64,000 bases of DNA, taken from positions 192,001-256,000 of the forward strand of contig JBHYGA010000006.1 in assembly GCA_051859245.1 (NCBI GenBank), written 5' to 3'. The stretch is from Gemmatimonadaceae bacterium (lineage in GTDB: Bacteria; Gemmatimonadota; Gemmatimonadetes; Gemmatimonadales; Gemmatimonadaceae). Position numbers and translations under genes: made by a program. This document shows positions 59,751-64,000 of the stretch, piece by piece. How positions within the stretch are numbered: the first letter of the stretch is position 1; each line of letters opens with the position of its first letter. The notes under the pieces were generated by a model. That model had not been told where the DNA came from and searched no databases. It saw nothing but the letters and a program-made list of their open reading frames with translations.

Positions 59751-61754
59751 TTACATCACCGTCACCTGCAAATCCTGCAGCGCCTTCTTGAGCAAGTCGA
59801 CGCGCTTGGCATCACAGCCACGCTCTGCTTCGATTTCCGTGCTCAGCTTCTGCAGCGCCGAGTTGCGCGCGGCACCAGAGGCGCGCTCGGCGCCCGCGAT
59901 CGACGAACGAATCGCACTGATGCGCGTAGCGTTTACACAGCCTTTGCGCTCGATCTGATCAGTGTACGCCTTGGCGAGTGCGAAGCTCGGCGGCCACACA
60001 ATCTTCGGCTGACCCTGCGCGTTCAGGTATTCCCACTTCACCGTCTTCGCCGCGTCGATTTCATTCTGCGACACGTACTGGCTCGGCACGAGCTCAGCAA
60101 TGTCGAGACCACGTGCGATTTCGGAGCTGATCATCGCGCCGTTGTACCAGTACACGGACCACGAACCACCGCTCACCATACGCGTGGAGTCCACCGGACC
60201 ACGGTCGAACGAGGCGATTTCAAACGGCTTGGCGGGGTCCGTCCAGTCGAACACCGAAATGCCACCCTGATACCACGCCTGCACCATCACGTCACGACCC
60301 GGAATCGGAATCAGTGAACCATTATGTGCCACGCAGTTTTCGAGCGACGACTGCACGGCCGGCAACTTGTAGTAGCTCTTGAATACGAGCTTGCGATTTT
60401 CAATGGCGAAGATCGCGTTCGAACCCCACTCCGGCTTGTCACCTTCGCGGCACTTCGGCGAGCTGCCACCGCCCCACTCGTCGGAGAAGAGCATCTGCGT
60501 GCCGTCGTTGTTGAACGTGGCCGAGTGCCAGTACGCAAAGTTCGAGTCAGCCACGGCGTCGAGACGACGCGGGTTCACCGGATCACTGATGTCGATGAGC
60601 AAACCATGTCCTTCGCACGCGCCACCGGCGAGTCCAAGCGCCGGATACACCGTGATGTCGTGGCACTGTGAACGATCAGAGACCGACTGATTGCTCGTGC
60701 CCGCCGTTGGCGCTGCGGCAAACGTGCGATTCATGATGTTCTGCAGTGCGCCGCGCAGCGTTGCACTGTCAGCAGCCGTTGGCGCGCCGGTTCCGCCGCG
60801 CACCTTCACCAGGCTGTCGAGCAGTGGTGCGGCCTGACGCGGGTTCAGTGCGGCCTCTGCACCAGACTGCGGATTGCGATAAATGAAGGCACCGCTGCGA
60901 CGCGCGGCATCAAGCGCGGCCGAGGCGGCGGCTTTGTCAGCGTCAGACAGACCGTGACGCGGCGGCGCGGACAGGCCGGCAAAAATGTTGGCGCGACCAA
61001 CAACCGCCGACTTGGCCGGATCGGCGAGTGGCACCTTGATGATTTCAATGCGCAAACGCGACGAGTTCGGATCGCTGGCGTCAAGATCGCCCGCGCAACC
61101 GGCGAGTTCCGCGGCCGGACGAATGCCCGACGAACCCGACACGTAGATGTAGACGTTCTGCTTGTCCTTCGGATCTTCGAGCACCGTGTGCGTGTGCGAA
61201 CCGCGGCACGTCTGCACATTGGCCACCAACTTCGGCGCCTTGATATCGGTGATGTCAAACACGCGCACGCCACGCATGCGGTCCTTGCTCACCGCTTCAC
61301 GCACGCCACCCGGCATGCAATCGGTGCGACCGTTGGCCGCTTCAGCCGACATGAACATCAGGTTCTTGTACACGGACACGTCGTTCTGCGACGCCGGGCA
61401 CGAGAACGCCGTGACGAGCTTGGGCGCGTTCGGGTTGCTCACGTCCCAGATCACGGGGCCGTTGTAGTTACCCTGAATGGCGTAGTTGCCCGTAAATGCG
61501 AGATCGGAATTCGTGACGCCAAGAAATCCGGCCGGTGACTGCGCCTTGGCCGTCACCTTGAGGTTCGACACGGCTTCTTCCGCGTCAAACAGACCCGCCT
61601 TGAGTCCGACGCGCGGATCATTCTGCGGCGACGGGGCGGTGTTGGGCTTGCTGCTCGAGCAGGCCGCGAGTCCGGCAAGCGCCGCAACCGTCGCGGCACG
61701 CGCGGCGAATGCGACAGCGGATGCGACGGTGCCGCGATGAGAAAGAACGGTCAT
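59751..61754 (-). CDS. LVIVD-repeat beta-propeller lipoprotein
   Basis: Lipobox LAAC; NSDLAF, QNDVSV, CRGSHTHT, CHDITV, WHSATFNNDG, NCVAHNG. Confidence 0.82.
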   Translation of the reverse strand: MTVLSHRGTVASAVAFAARAATVAALAGLAACSSSKPNTAPSPQNDPRVGLKAGLFDAEEAVSNLKVTAKAQSPAGFLGVTNSDLAFTGNYAIQGNYNGPVIWDVSNPNAPKLVTAFSCPASQNDVSVYKNLMFMSAEAANGRTDCMPGGVREAVSKDRMRGVRVFDITDIKAPKLVANVQTCRGSHTHTVLEDPKDKQNVYIYVSGSSGIRPAAELAGCAGDLDASDPNSSRLRIEIIKVPLADPAKSAVVGRANIFAGLSAPPRHGLSDADKAAASAALDAARRSGAFIYRNPQSGAEAALNPRQAAPLLDSLVKVRGGTGAPTAADSATLRGALQNIMNRTFAAAPTAGTSNQSVSDRSQCHDITVYPALGLAGGACEGHGLLIDISDPVNPRRLDAVADSNFAYWHSATFNNDGTQMLFSDEWGGGSSPKCREGDKPEWGSNAIFAIENRKLVFKSYYKLPAVQSSLENCVAHNGSLIPIPGRDVMVQAWYQGGISVFDWTDPAKPFEIASFDRGPVDSTRMVSGGSWSVYWYNGAMISSEIARGLDIAELVPSQYVSQNEIDAAKTVKWEYLNAQGQPKIVWPPSFALAKAYTDQIERKGCVNATRISAIRSSIAGAERASGAARNSALQKLSTEIEAERGCDAKRVDLLKKALQDLQVTVM

Positions 61755-61835
61755 GCGTGATCCTCAGAGTGAACGAACGTGAACACAAAACACAACAACG
61801 ACAGTGTGCTGAGCACGCCAATGTCGCGCGCCCAA

Positions 61836-62540
61836 CTATTCAAACGGCGGTACAAACCCAAGTTCGAGCATCATGGTGAGCATGCGACGAATTTCTGTGG
61901 ACTGATCCACTTCCACATCGTTCGCAAACTTGAACACGGTTTCATCCTGGCCGGCGCCCGGTGACTTGAACAGCTCCTTCACCATGCTCACCGCGCCACG
62001 GTGATGCGCCATCATGAAGGTCAGAAAGAGCCGGTCAAACTCTTCGCCGCGAGCGGCATTGAGTTCCTTGAGCTGCGCATCGGTCAGCATGCCCGGCATC
62101 GTCATGCCACCCATCTTCGACATATCGTGACCCGGCATGTCGTGTCCCGCATGCGCATCACCACCACCACTCACATTGCCCAGTGAATCGATTTCCGGCG
62201 CGGACTGATTGCGATCCTTGAGCCAGGTCTGCATGAGTTCGATCTCGTCTTTCTGCGCATTGATGATGCGTTCAGTGAGTCGAATCACGGCTGGATCGGC
62301 GCCATGTGAGGGCGCCCATTTGGAAATCACAATCGCCTGCGCGTGATGATGAATCATGCCGCGCATGAAATCGATGTCGGCCTGCGTGTACGGATAGCGC
62401 ATGCTGTCCGCGCGCGCGCGGAGAATCGCGCCCTCCTGACCCATCACAAAGGCGGGCGTGGCAGAGCGCGAGGAGGCGCAGCCAGCGACAAGGAGCAGCG
62501 ACCCAAGCGTCGCGCCGAAAAGAGCGGTGTGGCGAAGCAT
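61836..62540 (-). CDS. DUF305 (ferritin-like, CopM-related) lipoprotein
   Basis: ADIDFMxGMIxHHAQA, His/Met-rich loop, FDRLFLxxMxxHHRGA. Confidence 0.88.
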   Translation of the reverse strand: MLRHTALFGATLGSLLLVAGCASSRSATPAFVMGQEGAILRARADSMRYPYTQADIDFMRGMIHHHAQAIVISKWAPSHGADPAVIRLTERIINAQKDEIELMQTWLKDRNQSAPEIDSLGNVSGGGDAHAGHDMPGHDMSKMGGMTMPGMLTDAQLKELNAARGEEFDRLFLTFMMAHHRGAVSMVKELFKSPGAGQDETVFKFANDVEVDQSTEIRRMLTMMLELGFVPPFE

Positions 62541-62722
62541 GTAGCGTTGGGGGACGGACGAGGCGGGCAACGTGGGCGCAGGTACTCGGCGCCATCCTGA
62601 GGGTGCGTCAGGGGTAATCCGAAATCTACCGTCTCGTGTCGGAATCCCAACCCGCGAGGGACGACAGGCTGCTGCTACCCGTTGGTACGCGCCACCCGGG
62701 CGGGGCGCTGATGCACGGCGGG

Positions 62723-63475
62723 CTAGGCCGCGAGCGCCGTCAGCACAAACGGCACGTTGTCCCGTCGAATCATGATCGTGTGCTCATGGTGGGCGCTGAG
62801 CGAGCGATTGCTGGTTCGGAGCGTCCAGCCATCCGACTCTTCCACCACACGGGCCGGTTTGGCCGATACCATGGGCTCGAGGGCGATCACGAGTCCCTCG
62901 TGCAGGCGATCCTGACAGGTCGGGTCGGCCCAGTTCGGCACCATCGGATCTTCGTGCAGCTTCCGGCCGATGCCGTGCCCGTAGAGCGTCCGAAAGACCG
63001 ATGCGCCCTCCGCCTTGGCCGCGGCTTCCACCACGCCGCCCACTTCACGGAGGGTACGCCCAACGAGCGCATGCTCCAGTCCGCGCTGAAACGCCACCCG
63101 GGCAGCCCGCATCACACGTGTGCCGGCCTCGCTCGCCGCGCCCACGGGCACGGTGAGGGCGCTGTCGGCCAGATAGCCCTCGAACTCAAGCGTCACGTCG
63201 AGCGTGACCAGATCACCTTCGGCGAGCGCCCGTGCGCCCGGAATGCCGTGCACGATCTCCTCGTTCACACTGATGCAGGTGAATCCGGGAAAGCCATAGG
63301 TGAGCTGCGGCGCAGACCGGGCACCGGCTGCACGGGCAAAGTCTTCACCAATAGCGTCCAGCTCGCCGGTCGTAATGCCCGGGCGAACCGCGGCGCGCAT
63401 GGTGTGAATCGTGCGCGCCACAAGCTGGCCCACACGCTGCATGCCTTCGAAGTCGGCGGTTGAAAGAATCGTCAC
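62723..63475 (-). CDS. map: Type I methionyl aminopeptidase
   Basis: CISVNEEIVHGIP, D...D, GHGIG..LHE, EPM, SAHHEHT. Confidence 0.93.
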   Translation of the reverse strand: MTILSTADFEGMQRVGQLVARTIHTMRAAVRPGITTGELDAIGEDFARAAGARSAPQLTYGFPGFTCISVNEEIVHGIPGARALAEGDLVTLDVTLEFEGYLADSALTVPVGAASEAGTRVMRAARVAFQRGLEHALVGRTLREVGGVVEAAAKAEGASVFRTLYGHGIGRKLHEDPMVPNWADPTCQDRLHEGLVIALEPMVSAKPARVVEESDGWTLRTSNRSLSAHHEHTIMIRRDNVPFVLTALAA

Positions 63476-63564
63476 TATTGAGCGTCCCGTCTGGTTGGGG
63501 TGGTCATGTTCACGTTACACTGTGAGCAGAGGCACTGCTACTCTCGTACTCATTTCGCTCGATC

Positions 63565-64000
63565 ATGTCCGATTTGCTCGCCGCGCGAAGCCAAATGGCG
63601 ATGTCGCTCGGTTTTCACATACTGTTCGCGGTGGTTGGCATCGGTATGCCGGCGCTCATGGTGATCGCTGAGTACCGCTACCAGAAACATGGCGATCCGC
63701 TGCTCAAGGAGCTCGCCAAACGGTGGGCCAAGGGCACCGCGATCCTGTTCGCGGTGGGAGCCGTCTCCGGTACCGTGCTGAGTTTTGAACTCGGTTTGCT
63801 CTGGCCCACGTTCATGGAGCACGCGGGCGGCATTATTGGCATGCCGTTTTCTCTCGAAGGGTTGGCGTTTTTTACCGAAGCCATTTTTCTCGGCATTTAT
63901 CTCTACGCCTGGGATCGCGTCTCGCCGCGCGCGCATCTCGCTGCCGGTGTGGTGGTGGCCGTGAGCGGTGCGCTCTCCGGTGCGTTCGTGGTGACGGCCA
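63565..64000 (+). CDS. cydA: Cytochrome bd ubiquinol oxidase subunit I (3'-truncated by window edge; not in the ORF track)
   Basis: Translates MSDLLAARSQMAMSLGFHILF...FAVGAVSGTVLSFELGLLWP...EGLAFFTEAIFLG. Confidence 0.92.
   Translation, partial: MSDLLAARSQMAMSLGFHILFAVVGIGMPALMVIAEYRYQKHGDPLLKELAKRWAKGTAILFAVGAVSGTVLSFELGLLWPTFMEHAGGIIGMPFSLEGLAFFTEAIFLGIYLYAWDRVSPRAHLAAGVVVAVSGALSGAFVVTA

Noticed and set aside
62636..63463. Long plus-strand ORF, and similar long antisense ORFs across the window
   Set aside because: Shadow frames of well-supported genes in GC-rich DNA with no protein motifs

Overview
GC-rich bacterial chromosomal window with about 57 protein-coding genes; I saw no rRNA, tRNA or CRISPR array. 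Gene content (Hanks-type kinases, orphan duplicated ABC permease, PEP-CTERM, many secreted peptidases) suggests Gemmatimonadota or a similar lineage, which is an inference. Ordinary content includes fahA, a type II pantothenate kinase, M28/M14/S9 peptidases, VapBC, SulP-carbonic anhydrase-TetR, LytS/LytTR, PhzF, ABC-F, NDH-2, LVIVD/DUF305, map and the start of cydA. Three structures stand out. (1) An integrase-less integron-type cassette array starts at about 16.3 kb. Its first three cassettes have exactly self-complementary ends, one carries HigBA, and its attC-like sites decay out to about 26 kb. (2) Three tandem secreted collagen-like paralogs (53.0-55.1 kb) each keep exactly 20 Gly-X-Y triplets in identical register despite divergent sequence, making them a candidate heterotrimeric bacterial collagen. 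(3) Four tandem paralogous membrane proteins (2.5-5.5 kb) sit behind an EVE-domain gene and share an N-terminal helical domain and a C-terminal [FY]xTPxP motif. All product calls come from motif recognition by eye; no database searches were run.
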